NCBI GenBank assembly: GCA_002633005.1
Contig: NMRA01000147.1
Span: 543,988 to 607,987, forward strand
Direction of reading: 5' to 3'
Source of the DNA: Phoronis australis
Taxonomy: Eukaryota; Animalia; Phoronida
Length of the DNA: 64,000 nt
Numbering within the stretch: the stretch's first letter is position 1; each line of letters begins with the position of its first letter. Positions 26,001 to 38,400 of the stretch are shown piece after piece. The notes beneath the pieces were generated by a model, which was not told the origin of the DNA, did not search any database, and saw only the letters and a program-made list of their open reading frames with translations. Both the position numbers and the translations under genes were made by a program.

Positions 26001-27630
26001 CATTTTTGTCCAGGTAACAATCCTTAAGTTCCATGAAATGCTCTGTGATTTGCATACTTGTGTACACCTGATGCTGATGTTGTATTCTTTACTGCAGCCT
26101 GACTTTTCCTGTACGGCTTTGAAGAGCGAAGAAGATCTCAACCAGTGGCTTAAGTTCTATGAAATGAAGTCCCCCCTAGTGTGTGTAGGTTACTTGATAT
26201 CAGCTGATCCTGCGGTGAGCATAAATTAACATCTATTAACAACAACTGGCCTTGGGCACTCCAAATGAGAGTTTAGGGGTGCTCTGTCAAACATTTGTTT
26301 GTTGTTAGTAATGCAAAGAGTGGATGAGTAACATACAATACCCATTTGACAGTAGCCTTTAATCTGCGTGTTTATTATACTGATCACAGTTGACCTGAAC
26401 ATGCCACAGTTCATCATGAAGGGGTTAGTGATGGATTTCTACGAATCAGATTTCTGGACACTTTTACACAGTTGCTGGTTGGTCTAGTGGTTGCAAGGCT
26501 GAATACATATCCATCAGACTGTCAGTTTTCTCCTCTTCCCCAATGAAATGTTGTTCTCGAAAACTGTGGCGCAGCACTTCTCAGTTATTTGTGAAGTCAC
26601 CCCTTCCTCACGATAGCTCCCCCTCTTGGCAAGAATGCAATAAATGCAACTGTATAACAGGAAGCTAACCACACAAAGATCATACCTGATGATGATTTAA
26701 GCTATTAAATCGAAACGTTGAACATCATTATAATTTGCGTCGTTAGTTTCCTGTTATACATCTGGCATAAAACTAATGTCGTAAATGCAGCTGTCCGTCT
26801 TAGTTTGATATTTTCATGTAGCAACAATGTACCCATTTCCGACACTTTTTTACCATATTTTGCTTACTCGCTCTAGTGAAACATCTTCCTGAACTTTCAA
26901 ATGGTATCACCTCAGAGAAAGTCAGTCAAGACACTAGCATTTTACAAGCGATAAATAACAACTCACCTGGCTCACAAAAGTTTGTACCCACAATCGACAC
27001 CCCACGACTCGGCGTTTCCAAAAGCGCATCTCTAAAAGTCGGTAGCGATTTCCTGACCAGTAGTAATGCACTGCTTAAATTTAGGAATTTTCAGTACTAT
27101 TTAATGAACAAAATTGCATTTTTTCAAAAATGGAAACTTGCCCGTCACCCGCTTCCTCTGCTACTTCAACTTATTTCCCTGACGTTCAAAAAAGACAGGA
27201 TTTGCGCATGCATGATTCAGTAAACTAGATGACATGCACACAGTGCAAGCTGTTCGCGTCCGAGACTTGGACGGAATTCAATGTAACGGGTAAGACTGTT
27301 AAATCATGAGAGTTTCGATTGTAGGTACACTGATGCTAGAATTTAATGCTTAGTTTTTACGGCAACCCATAGGCTCAACAACATTTGAGAGAATTTACAA
27401 TTTTATGAAAGCCATGTGTTCAGTTGTATCCATGCATATGACTTGTGGATTTGCAGGACCTGGATCTACGTGTAGAACATTTCCACTGCTTCAGCGACCA
27501 TAATGAAGGTGGCCATTATCACAATGACACGACCCCATCGGATGTGACGTACCGGGGATACTTCAATATAGCCGAGTGCATCTACAGAATAGACAGGCCC
27601 AAGGTGACGCATACGATTGGGCGAGACTGA
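17042..27630 (+). CDS. C11orf54: C11orf54 / PTD012 ester hydrolase homolog (DUF1907); one expected exon not found
   Basis: Exons 17042-17096 (MDVQCVSLHVPSLEEVAT), 20133-20231 (LQEGLEGNF..VDCPDLT..PF), 23619-23723 (GAGAGPF; GC donor), 24172-24333, 25070-25219 (GGTFLI..GKARIHIM), 26098-26214 (WLKFYEMKSPLVC) and 27457-27630 (DLRVEHFHCFSDHNEGGHYHNDTTP...YRIDRPK..IGRD*). The Zn-binding His motifs are intact. Confidence 0.92.
17230..17352 (+). repeat. ~120-bp direct repeat, second copy at ~18996-19106
   Basis: Shared text ttattctattacgc...ttgggtgttgagaaaatccctgggaaatt.atagtcaagacagaacc...tatctcagtgag.gactccataact. Confidence 0.75.
17670..18420 (+). repeat. Cluster of degenerate tRNA-derived repeat units in C11orf54 intron 1
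   Basis: Repeated (a)ggcaattgcc boxes at ~17670, 17807, 18038 and 18381. Two A/B-box-like units ggtta.ga..cctggca.tgaagc...ggttcgaaac.tggact at ~17690 and ~17888. Confidence 0.5.
20875..22186. mobile_element. IS3EU-like non-autonomous DNA transposon in C11orf54 intron 2
   Basis: 30-bp perfect TIR TATGGGCAGCGAAAAGGTTCAAAATAGACA and a 6-bp TSD GATAGA (20869-20874, 22187-22192). Mirrored subterminal motif arrays: AACAGACAAGT on the left, ACCTGTCTGTT in ~31-bp tandem units on the right. TAY..RTA termini with a 6-bp TSD fit IS3EU. Confidence 0.8.
26651..26760 (+). ncRNA. Hammerhead-ribozyme-like core inside a long hairpin (probable Penelope remnant)
   Basis: CTGATGA-T-GATTTAA(gcta)TTAAATC-GAAACGTT at 26686-26719, enclosed by the inverted repeat tgtataacaggaagctaac / gttagtttcctgttataca. 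Proximal stem I is poor. Confidence 0.45.
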
Positions 27631-28429
27631 GTCATCGTTAATAAAGCCAATATCATATTGAATGAAAATGGATATTGTGACTGCCAAAATACCCATGTTA
27701 AGTGATTTTAATTATTTTATTGTGATCTGTAATAAGTGCATTATACACACAAACTGCTGTCCAGGTAAAAGTAAAGAATCCTACAATGCTGGACCATATT
27801 ACTTCTCAATTCATGCGAATGATCTTATTACCAGCTTTGTGTTTGAGCTTTTCAGTCTTAATTACCCACAATGCAACAATTTTAAACCAAAGCACACCTG
27901 GATTGTTACGGTGAAATCTCACAAATTTTGGCAAAAATAAGCAAAATAACCATTTTTTCATTTTTTAATTTTTTTCAATGGCTTCTCACACTGTTGTGAA
28001 TGTCTGCAATTTTTAAAAACGTCTGATGGTTGCTATTGTAAAATTTTCAAAGCATTACTAGCTTCAAAATATCTTTCATGAGAAAAATCAAAAAATAAAA
28101 CTAGTTTCACTTGTCTGCCATATTGTGTCCTAAATTAGCGAGACTTGGCCGTACTGGTTCACATCCTTTAATGTCAATTAATAAAACATTAGCAAGGCAG
28201 GTGTGGCTACAAAACGGTGGCGTTGTGTCCCGATGACAACGGATTAAGACTAGGGTTCCTACTGCAGAACCCCAAACTGAAACACACAACACTAATGGCC
28301 ACAAGACACATATTGGCAATGGAAAAAACTGTTACAGTAATCTGATCTGCCCAACAAAATGTGAAGACCGTGCAAGAAACATTAAAGTCCATCTTGAAGG
28401 GTTACACAGTCATGTAAATTTGATTTCTA

Positions 28430-29080
28430 GCATCACTCTAAGTCCACCAGTGCCATAAATTGCCAAATGTAGTACTGTTAGACATATTGGCTTGCTTTTG
28501 TCTACATCACCACCTTTTAAAACAAACAGCTGTGAATAACACCCGCACGTGTTCTATTCAGATCTTTATTCAATACAACTGTAATTGGCTGTATGTTAGT
28601 TGTGCTGGGTTCTCGTGGTGATGCAGTATGGCACAAAAAGACAACTTCGTCTATCATTTGACGGGCTTACATTTGAGCGATTAAACTTGAGTTTTCTCAT
28701 TGCTAACTCTGCTAGCACCATCTGGCTAGCCCAAAACATCTAAAATAAAACTCCGTTGAAGTTAGGCTTTAAAGCCAATCTTCAACGGTAACACATGTCA
28801 ATTTGGTTCCAAAAGTATGTTAAGAGCATCGCTCTGAGCCCACTAGTGTCATAAATGGCAAATGTAACGAACTGTTTGGCATATTGGCTCGCTTTTGTCT
28901 ACGTCACTGCGAGAATCACCTTTTAATTCAAACTGCTGCGAATAACACCCGCACGTAATGGTGTTCTATTCAAACCCCCTATTCAATACAACCTTTTGTT
29001 GTTTATGATGGGATCTCGCAGTGATGCAACATGGCACGAAAAGGCACCTTCACTTATCATTTGACGGGTTCAAACTTGCT
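28430..29080 (+). repeat. Diverged tandem duplication (~400-bp period) between the C11orf54 and TRMT2A 3' ends
   Basis: agcatc.ctct.ag.cc...agtg.cataaat.gc.aaatgta...catattggct.gcttttgtctac.tcac...gaataacacccgcacgt...tatcatttgacggg occurs at ~28430 and ~28826. Confidence 0.75.
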
Positions 29081-29433
29081 TTAATTAATTTAATTACTTA
29101 TTAGAGACACATCACGTGTTTTGCCATCCAAAAATATCCCCAGCAATTGGATTTTCTAAGCAAAAATGATCAATATTGTTTTGATAAGAAAATCATGTCC
29201 ATTTCATCAATACACATATCTCTAGCCATGTAATTACCCGACTTTATTAAGAACTAGAGGTCTAAACATACAGACTTTGTTAAGGACTAGAGGTCAAAGT
29301 ATAAAACTCCTTCAATGAGTTCTAAATGCATCTGTGTCCAAAAACAGACAGCCATTACAACAGTCCCACCTCTCACTAACACTATTCTTATAGCAGACAC
29401 AGACACAGACAGACCTATCACAACCTCCTTGTG

Positions 29434-32400
29434 TTATTTGTCCTCGCACTGTCTTTCCATTAGTATCACCAGCTCGCAGTGTTTCGTGTGTGGAAACATG
29501 TCTACAGGCACAGCTTTCACGGGACGGAATGGAGGTCCCTTCACACGCTTGGAAGGGGCACGCATAAAACTGAAATCATTGACTGGTTGGTAATGAAACA
29601 TTTAAAGACCTTTTCTCAAAGGGTTAATCTTGTTCAAACTACAGTTACTAGACTAATGCTAAAACAGACTTTTGAAAATGTTAAAAATGGCTGCTACGTG
29701 ACAGAATACGCAACATCTGAAAATAAACATAAAAAACTAAAATTGCCATTAGAGGGCACAGCGGTAGTCAGATCTTTCAAAAAGTCATTCATCACTAGCC
29801 AAATTAATGAAAACACACTTGCCAATTTCACAAAGATACTGCAAATAATTAATAAAAGAGGTACAGGTGTGGATGCAAAGTAATTGTTACTCGGGGGCGT
29901 CAGAGCACGAGTAGTCTGATCCATTCGAAAATCAGCAGAGGTCTTCTCATAATGATCTTTGGAGTTGTTTGGTAAACAGAGAAGCATATGCCAAAAACAA
30001 ATTCATGAATAGTGAAAATGACCACTGGGTGTTGCAGAATACGATGAATCCATCCAAAATGGGAATATATCATTGCCTCCTTAAGACAAACCTATTTACA
30101 AAATTTCATGAAAAATCTGTCAAGGATAAAATTGTCAATGGGAGTCACAGCGGTAGTTGAGTCCATCCGAAAGTCGTCATCTGTTGTCACATTCACAGAA
30201 ACACATTTGCCAAATTTCACAAAGATCCTGCAAGTGGTTACGAGATACAGCCACGGATGCAAAAAAATTGCCGTTAAGGGGTACCACTGTATTACTGCTC
30301 TTCTGAAAATCAATGTCAGCCGCAGTCTTCCTAGAAGCAACACGTCTGTCAATTTTTATAATGATCTTTCATGCAATTTGGCAGCTGGAGAGGCGGATGC
30401 CGAAAACTGACTCAAAAATAATAAAAATGGCCACTAGTTGGACAAAATATGTCAAATCCGTCTCAATAATGAGAAGGTGAATTGTCTCCTTAATAGAAAA
30501 CTACAAATGCCACATTTCGTGAAAATCCATCAAGGACCTCCAAAGATACAGAGGCATACCTAAAAAACTAAAACTTCCACTAGGGGGCACAGCTGTAATC
30601 TGATTGATTTGAAACTTGTAACCATATGTCGTCACCTCCATAGAAACACATCTGCCAAATCTCTTTTAAGATTCTGCAAAAGGTTTAAGAGATACAGCAG
30701 TGGACGCTTGACTTCAAATGCCCAGATGGAGATGACTGCAATATGCACACAAATATGCATAATATTGTGGGCTCAAAAATACAAATGTAAGTCATCAGGG
30801 TCAATTTGCACGCTGCTTATGTAGAACCGTGTGTCTAAACGAATAGTCGAAAGGCAGAGAGAGAAGCCAATTAAAATGAGAACTTACTCTACCAGATTAT
30901 TGAAGGCACCCTGTGGATTGCAGGAGACATAGAGCAGACGATTTATGTAAGGACACTTGCGGATGGCATAAACTACTTTGTTGTCTGGAAATGTAACAAA
31001 GTAACTGAAATTATACAGTGAACAAAAAACATTCCTGTACATCATTTTACAAAAAAGTTGACAAAATCTTCAGTCAGATATCAATAAGGTTTGCTGGATT
31101 TTGGGTGACTTTAAGTTTGCATTGCTTCATGTGTTTAACAAAGCTAGACTACTACTGACAAAATTTGTCAAGTTTAGCTCAAAGATGTCTGTATCTATAT
31201 TCCAAACACACTTTGTACCTGACAAAGGACATAAAAGACTATTCAGTAACTCCACCAAACATGCTCGCATTTTGAGAACCAGTTTTCTCCACTGAATAAC
31301 GAGCATCAACTGGTTCTCAAATGTGGGCCTGATAAATCANCTACTACCAGTAAAAGAACTACCAAAATTCCGCCTACAATAAAACACCAGGTTTTTTGGT
31401 GAAGTATACTATTTACACTAAATTAGAATTGAATACACAATGCAGCTTAATGACGGTGCATGCTTATTCATTGTTGCTAAAAACGCTAAAAATATGAAAG
31501 CTTGCTATTGGTTATATGGATGAAAACTAATGTATCTTATCAGCAATAGGCACTTACGGAGGCCTGGCCTCGGAGGGTCCACTATGGCAAGCACGTTCTT
31601 GTCGGTGAGAGAATACATCAGTCTGGGTAGCACGTCCTCTGCCTTGCCACAGTGGTAGGTGGCATTGGTCACACCTGACGATGATGAGAACAGCTTGTTG
31701 ACAATGACATCTAGCTACACGTTGTCGTAAATACTCTCACTGTTTAGAGTCATCCCTAATACATTTCATCTGTCTTAGTTAATTTTTGCCATTATTTGTC
31801 ATTTAGTTATTGTCTTAATTCTCAACCCGTTTTAATTGTATCTTTGTTACGTATATTTCATTGTTGTTTTATTACCTCATTGTTTTATATTACTGTTTTT
31901 CTTTTTGAGGGCCCTCTTGGAAAGCAGTGCTATCACTGAAGAGGCCACCCTCATTTTAAATATCACAATAATAAATAAAAATAAATAAATAAATAAAAAA
32001 TACAGTACCAAACTCTCATGAATACACAATAACAATCTCCATTGAGTGCGCCATGAGGATAACACAACTGGCAATAGAACTCTCCTTTCTCCTGGTGATA
32101 AGAAATCGCGTGACCTAGTTTAGGGAATCGGGCATATTTTTGTGTCTCTCAATGATGTCGGGAAGGTGAAAAAATTTCAGATCACACATCCACGGGTATT
32201 TTTTCCAGTTAATAAACCTTTTCACGTCGGAGTTGCAGCCCACAGGACAGTAGCAATACTTCGTTGTCATTGGAAGGACGAATAAATGCAACCGAGAAAA
32301 ACTTGTAAAGAATCAGACAACAACAAATAACATGTGAAACTCCAGTGGCTCGAAATTGAGGCAGCAAATGTGCCTGGCAGATGTTTATAGCAATGTGGGT

Positions 32401-35400
32401 AAAGTGATATTCGAGTGTCGCCGCATAATCCGGGGCGGCCCTATAAACTTGGCCTTCACAGTCTGTGGTATGTTTCACGATAAGTGACGGAAGACTTGAG
32501 ACAGAAATTGGTCTTGAGCTCAAAAACACAATTAAATTGCACATAAGCAAAAGTGCAAAGTCTCTAAGAATATATGCATAACTGCTAGTAACTGAGATAA
32601 TTTCTACAAATTATTTCTAGACTGTGGTGCGCCCATCATTACTTGACTGAATCTTCAGCAACTGGGAAATGGGAACGCAAGACCAAATTTCTGACTTAGG
32701 TTCATGAAACAGATCCCAGGATGAAAAAGATTTGACCACAAAGAAAGAGTCTTCAGTCAAGCATTGACACACGGCATATGGTAGAATGATACAGAGATAT
32801 TATGACAATAGTGAGAGGATGTGTAACAAAGAGTTTTGAAATAAGTACCTGAATATAATCACCAACTACAGTCAGAGCGAGCAGTATGTCAAGCACAGTA
32901 ACATTAATGAACTTAACAAAAGTTGTTACCTTATGTAATGTTCACAACAGGTACCTTTACTGATCGACGACGTGACAATGTGAATTTCACTAAAATTGCA
33001 TTTGAAGCTACACTCGCTACCAAAACCTGGATTGGCAAGTTTGGCTTGACTAACAAGCTCACTGATCTATTTTGTGATGGTGGTAAATTGCAACAAAATC
33101 AAAAGAAAGAAAGGGTGAATGAAAGGTTATGCTGTGGTTCATTAGTACATCAACTTACCATTCAACTCTGCGTTATGCTTGGCATCGTCAATGGCTTGTT
33201 GAGACATCTCGATACCAATCACTTTTTCAACATTCTGAAATATAGACAACAGGTAATTCTTAATATTAAACTCATGGCTATTATTTTTTCTTATAAAGCA
33301 CGGCTTGAACAGCATAAGGGACTATTTCCATTCGGCTTCCACAGGTAGAAATTGTTGCCATAATCTCTTTGTGTCCCTGATTTCCTATTTACAAAGGGAA
33401 GGTCTCTCAAAATAGCCAGCCAACTAGCATCATCCAGAGCTGTAGATAAAAACTGGTGAGACGAGCATAACTAGCTTTTTCAGTCTACTCTTTTTGGGGT
33501 CAACTCCACAAGAAACAGATATCATAATGAAGAGTGGCCGCACAATTTCCCAGATTTGTCAGCTCTGGCATTCAACCAACACCTATCTTGACCGTTACTG
33601 AAGTTTAGAAGAAACATAATTTAAAAAAACCCCTTACATTACTCCCACTTTTTCAACAAGGAAAAGTCAGTTATTGACTTGGAAAGCTACACTCGGTGAT
33701 ACATGCAAGCGCCAGTCGCTCATCTTTTCTAGGAACAATACATATATCTGGAGCAAGTGACAAATTTGCCTAGTATGCAAATTTTGATTAGAAAGTCATG
33801 CTGCTGGTTACTACATACTAAACACTTATACCCCAAGTGAAATGCATTGTGTTCACAACATGGTCACCATTTTTTCTAATTAAAAGTCATTTTCAATTTT
33901 AGATCGCTTGCTGCTATCGATGTAAAGACTCGGGCAACCCCTTTGAAGCGAGTTCTAGGTCACCAGCAACATATGACGCCCATCTCTGCATTTCATTGAT
34001 TGACTACAACATGAACTGGTCACAAATCTGACTGCCTATTTGGGACAAGATGTGTGAATTCATCAATTATTCTTTGAAATGTTAACGAAAAGGAACAGTC
34101 AGTTTATCAGAACTTTTCAATCAGGCGGTTTAGCCAGCCACGTTATGCTGCTTAAACCTCGAAATGAAATGTCCACCAAGCATTATAATAACAACTAACC
34201 ATAGACTGATACAAATAATTATGTAAAACTTGAACAGATGTAGAAGATAACAAAGTAACCTCCTTAAGTCTGGTATGCACGCCACATGCTGGTCACATCA
34301 TTAGATTACATCATGCGGCATGCAGACCAGGTTTAAAAATGTTTGTAAACTAACCATGGAGTACACTTTAAACCAATGAGAGACTTTCAAAGGCAATGTG
34401 CTGACTGGTCACATGAGACCAGATGCCACTTGCCTTTAGAGGACGAGGAGGTATTTATTTAAAACACATCACATCTAATCGCACATTGCAAAAAGAGTTT
34501 TTTTCACCAAGAGAACGTGTTGCCTAAGTACGTCAATTTGTGAACTAACGATGGAGCACACATCAAGCCAATTAGAGTAAAGATCACTGAATTGGCTCAA
34601 ACGCCAGTGCAAACATTGCCCAACTACTTCAGCCTCCTTACCTTAGCCATTGTCAGTCCTATAGTTCCTGTACCACAGCAAACATCCAGTATGTGTGTAT
34701 CCATGGATACCTGACTCCACTCAGCTATAGTGGTGTAAAGTACTTCTGCACCCAGGGTATTGGCTGTGTACAAACAATAGACCAGTAGAAGGAAGGTCTT
34801 GAATCACATTTAAGAAAAATTTGCATTGCCTCAACCCAACACGGCCATAATACAATTTTAGGGACTACAACTAAGACTAGTTATCACCAGATTGAACACA
34901 TAGGCTGTTATGCGCTTATGCTGTCTAAATGATTAATAAATTATAATACCATATGGTAGTTATGTCTGAGCTGTTAATGGAACTACTTAAGATATGTTGA
35001 TTGGAATTGCGAAATTTTAATCTTGTTAAGAGTTTTGAACGTCGCGAGTAAGCTACTTGGGACAGTTGAGTTGTATTAGTTTATCATTAAGTTCTTATGG
35101 CTGTGACAGTGAAAGCCACTAAAGCTGGTCATTTGCTGTGAACAAACAGTAAAGTCACAGTTAAGTTGTAAATCTCTTTACATATGACGTAAGTTACAAC
35201 ACACTGCTAAAACACGAAAAAGTTCCTTACAAGTGACATTCCCAGTCAAAGCTGCACTCTGCAACCCACTTACTGCTAAAGTACGAAATCAGGACATACC
35301 AAACCACGGCAAGAATTTCAACACTCCATCAGACTGGAAGAGCTTTGGGTCAGGCCTGTGATTTCCTGAAGCATTTTTTGACTTGCAATTAAATGCAGTC

Positions 35401-38400
35401 GAGTCGTTTAAGAGTCAAATGTAGATAATAGGTTGAATAATTCATCACAGTTATTAGCAACAGGAGTACTCACTCTGAAAGAAAGCATCAGGAGAGATGC
35501 GAAAATTCAGTGACAGGAGCTGCTCACATACATACTGGTCTCCCCACAGCCACTCTACAGGGTGCTCACTCTGACCTCCCATAGCTCTGGATAACAGATA
35601 AATAGTACATGACTATACTGTATAAATCAGTTCTATGATACAGCGGGAACATTATACTAGTCTCCCTGCAGTCTCTATACAGAGTGCTCACTCCTACCTC
35701 CTTTAGTCCTGGATAACAGATATTAAGTACATGATTGTACTATATAAATCAGCTCAATGATACAGCGAGAACATCATACAAGTTTCCCCGCAGTCACTAT
35801 TCAAAGTGCTCATTGTGACCTCCCATAGCCCTGGATAACATGACAACTCTAGGCTATAGTGAGCGAATCATAACGGTCTTCCCACAATCACTCCAAAGGG
35901 TACACAATATGACCTCACACGGCCCTGGACAACAGACAGATGCTATAATACATATATGAATGACTGTCATATAAATAACCTTTAAGGTATTGCCAGTCAG
36001 CCTATGTGTCTCATTAGACAGAGCTAATAACAGGACTGGGCATAACTGGAAGAGACCTTTGCTTGTAGGATACTTAATATAATTAGAGTACCCAGCTCAC
36101 CACCATGGTATTTCCATGCTATAGACTCAAGGTTTACTTGGATTGAAATATTTTCTGAGACAGGTTCAGGCATAACAGTTCTTGGCAAATACATTTTAAG
36201 GTAGATCTTGGCTATGACCTCAGGTAATGCAAGTCGAAAACAAACCTAATTCACTCTTTCAGGATTTGAAAAAAATAACACAGACTGCAACTTTCATGCC
36301 AAATTCAGTGTACATACCTCTGAAATCTAACAAGCCCTTACTATAACTCTTTTTTGGTCCATTTTTGAAGTTCATTTCCCCATTGGATTCTGAATAGCCA
36401 AGCCCTGGATGGCATAACAACTGTACATAGACCACACATTGGTGCATAATGAAATTTAACATTCACATTACAGGAGTCTTGTGGGTCGGAACTGGAGTGA
36501 TGGAAATTACCGGTTTGTCTGGCTATGAAAGTAGAGAGAGGTCACTTTACATGTAGTTCCTTGACCTTTTGAGAAATAGTCCCTCAGTTTGTTTTTCTCC
36601 TCTGCTAAGGCCTCCTGGAATCAGTTGAAGCAGTCATATAAGTGTGCAGCTATTGAATACATGACTCAGATTTTTAAAGAAGATGACAAGCCAGCACTTT
36701 ACTCCAGTCAATCATAGCCCTACCCCAAATGGAACTCTCTTTCACAAAGGTAGGAGAATGCATTACATGCTTGACCTAGTTAGACATGCAAGAAGCAATA
36801 CTCTGCAGAACCATGGACATAGTTGTATTCTCTGATGTCAAAATGCAACTCAAACAAGAAAACTCCATTACTTTACAACAATGGATGTGACGATAACGTC
36901 TACATAAAAATAATCAGTGCAGCAGCAAAGAGCGACATGTTAAATGAATGGATAATGCATGTGCAGAATTGTGGGTGACTCTACAGAACTGTAGTAGTAT
37001 GGTCATAAATAACTACTTACAGGAGACAAGTCTTGTGGATCGAAGCCAACAATGGCCATAATGTCACCCTTCTTGCTTATTCTAACTGTCAGAAGTTTCC
37101 AATGGCCGGAGTAGGTTTGCGGTGAGTATACGTCGTACGTCGACTGCTGGATATAATCTTGAAAGCACTGGAAATTAAAAATTGGATTATCGTTACCATG
37201 AAAGCACGTTCAATGACGAATAACAACAGGGTTGAAAGTTTTAGATTAGTATATCATGAAACAAAAAATGATTTCTCATTTTTTCAAGAACACAAATGAG
37301 GGGCCAGCATAGATTCTGAAAGGACTGACTTAAAATTCTCTATGTACATTCAGAAATCCTCGAGGAAATGCATGTTGGAGAAGACATGTACACACACGTA
37401 AAAATACTGAAATCATTTACGAGTACAACTGATCGTGTATGAGAGTGCAGCCATTTCTGTTTAAGCATGTCAGATGCGTGTTGACCTTCACTAAATCTAG
37501 AATTGGATATTTTTTCTGTACTAAGTAATCGAAGAACTCTAAGTACGAGTTTTAAAAATCTTTGACTCTCTAATGAACCGCAACATGTTGGTGCTTCCTA
37601 TAAGTCAAGTAATATGTCCTGAAGTTGAGTAACAAAAATGACCTAATGTGCTTTGACTTAAATTTGACATTTTCAAGCCATGGTCATCCTTAGTGTTAAT
37701 TCAAAACATTGCTTATACCATTTTGAGTACAGGCTGAGACTTGGAGCACAAATACCACATAAGCTGGCATAACATTCAAATAACTCTTCAGCACAGCTCT
37801 TTGGTCGAAGTGGGTATTATTAAATGTTCATCAACAGACAGCAACTCAGATCAAGTCACATGTCAGAGTGGCCCATTTGAATTAGCCCAGACAATAGTGT
37901 GACTCTGCCTTCAACCTGTGTTACATTCAGACATCACCAGATGAGTACAGTATAACTAGTAACTACGTGTGATGATCATGTGAAGTATCCTCATGTGTTA
38001 AAGTCACCTGCTGATCACAGGTAACATGACACTTAATAACAACAACAACACCATAAACACTACCTGCACAACAGCACACATCTCCGTGGATACAATCAAA
38101 CTGTTGCCAGGTGGCGCTACGCAGGTTGTTCCAGACTTGTAGCTACTTAGCCTAAACCCAACCGTCTTCACTGCAAGTCAAAAGTGAGCCAAACTGAAGA
38201 ACACGTCAGCTTACTTGTACAAGGAACATGGGGAGGGAATTTGACTTCATAGGCAGATGCAATTCATTAATAACATGATCAAAGAGTATTAATAAAACTT
38301 CACAAGACATAACATGCCAAATTCAAGAGACACGAGCTGAGCTGTTGTTGTCAGCTGAGCTATAGCTCAGATCATAGCTTGATGCCGGTTACCCGCACAC

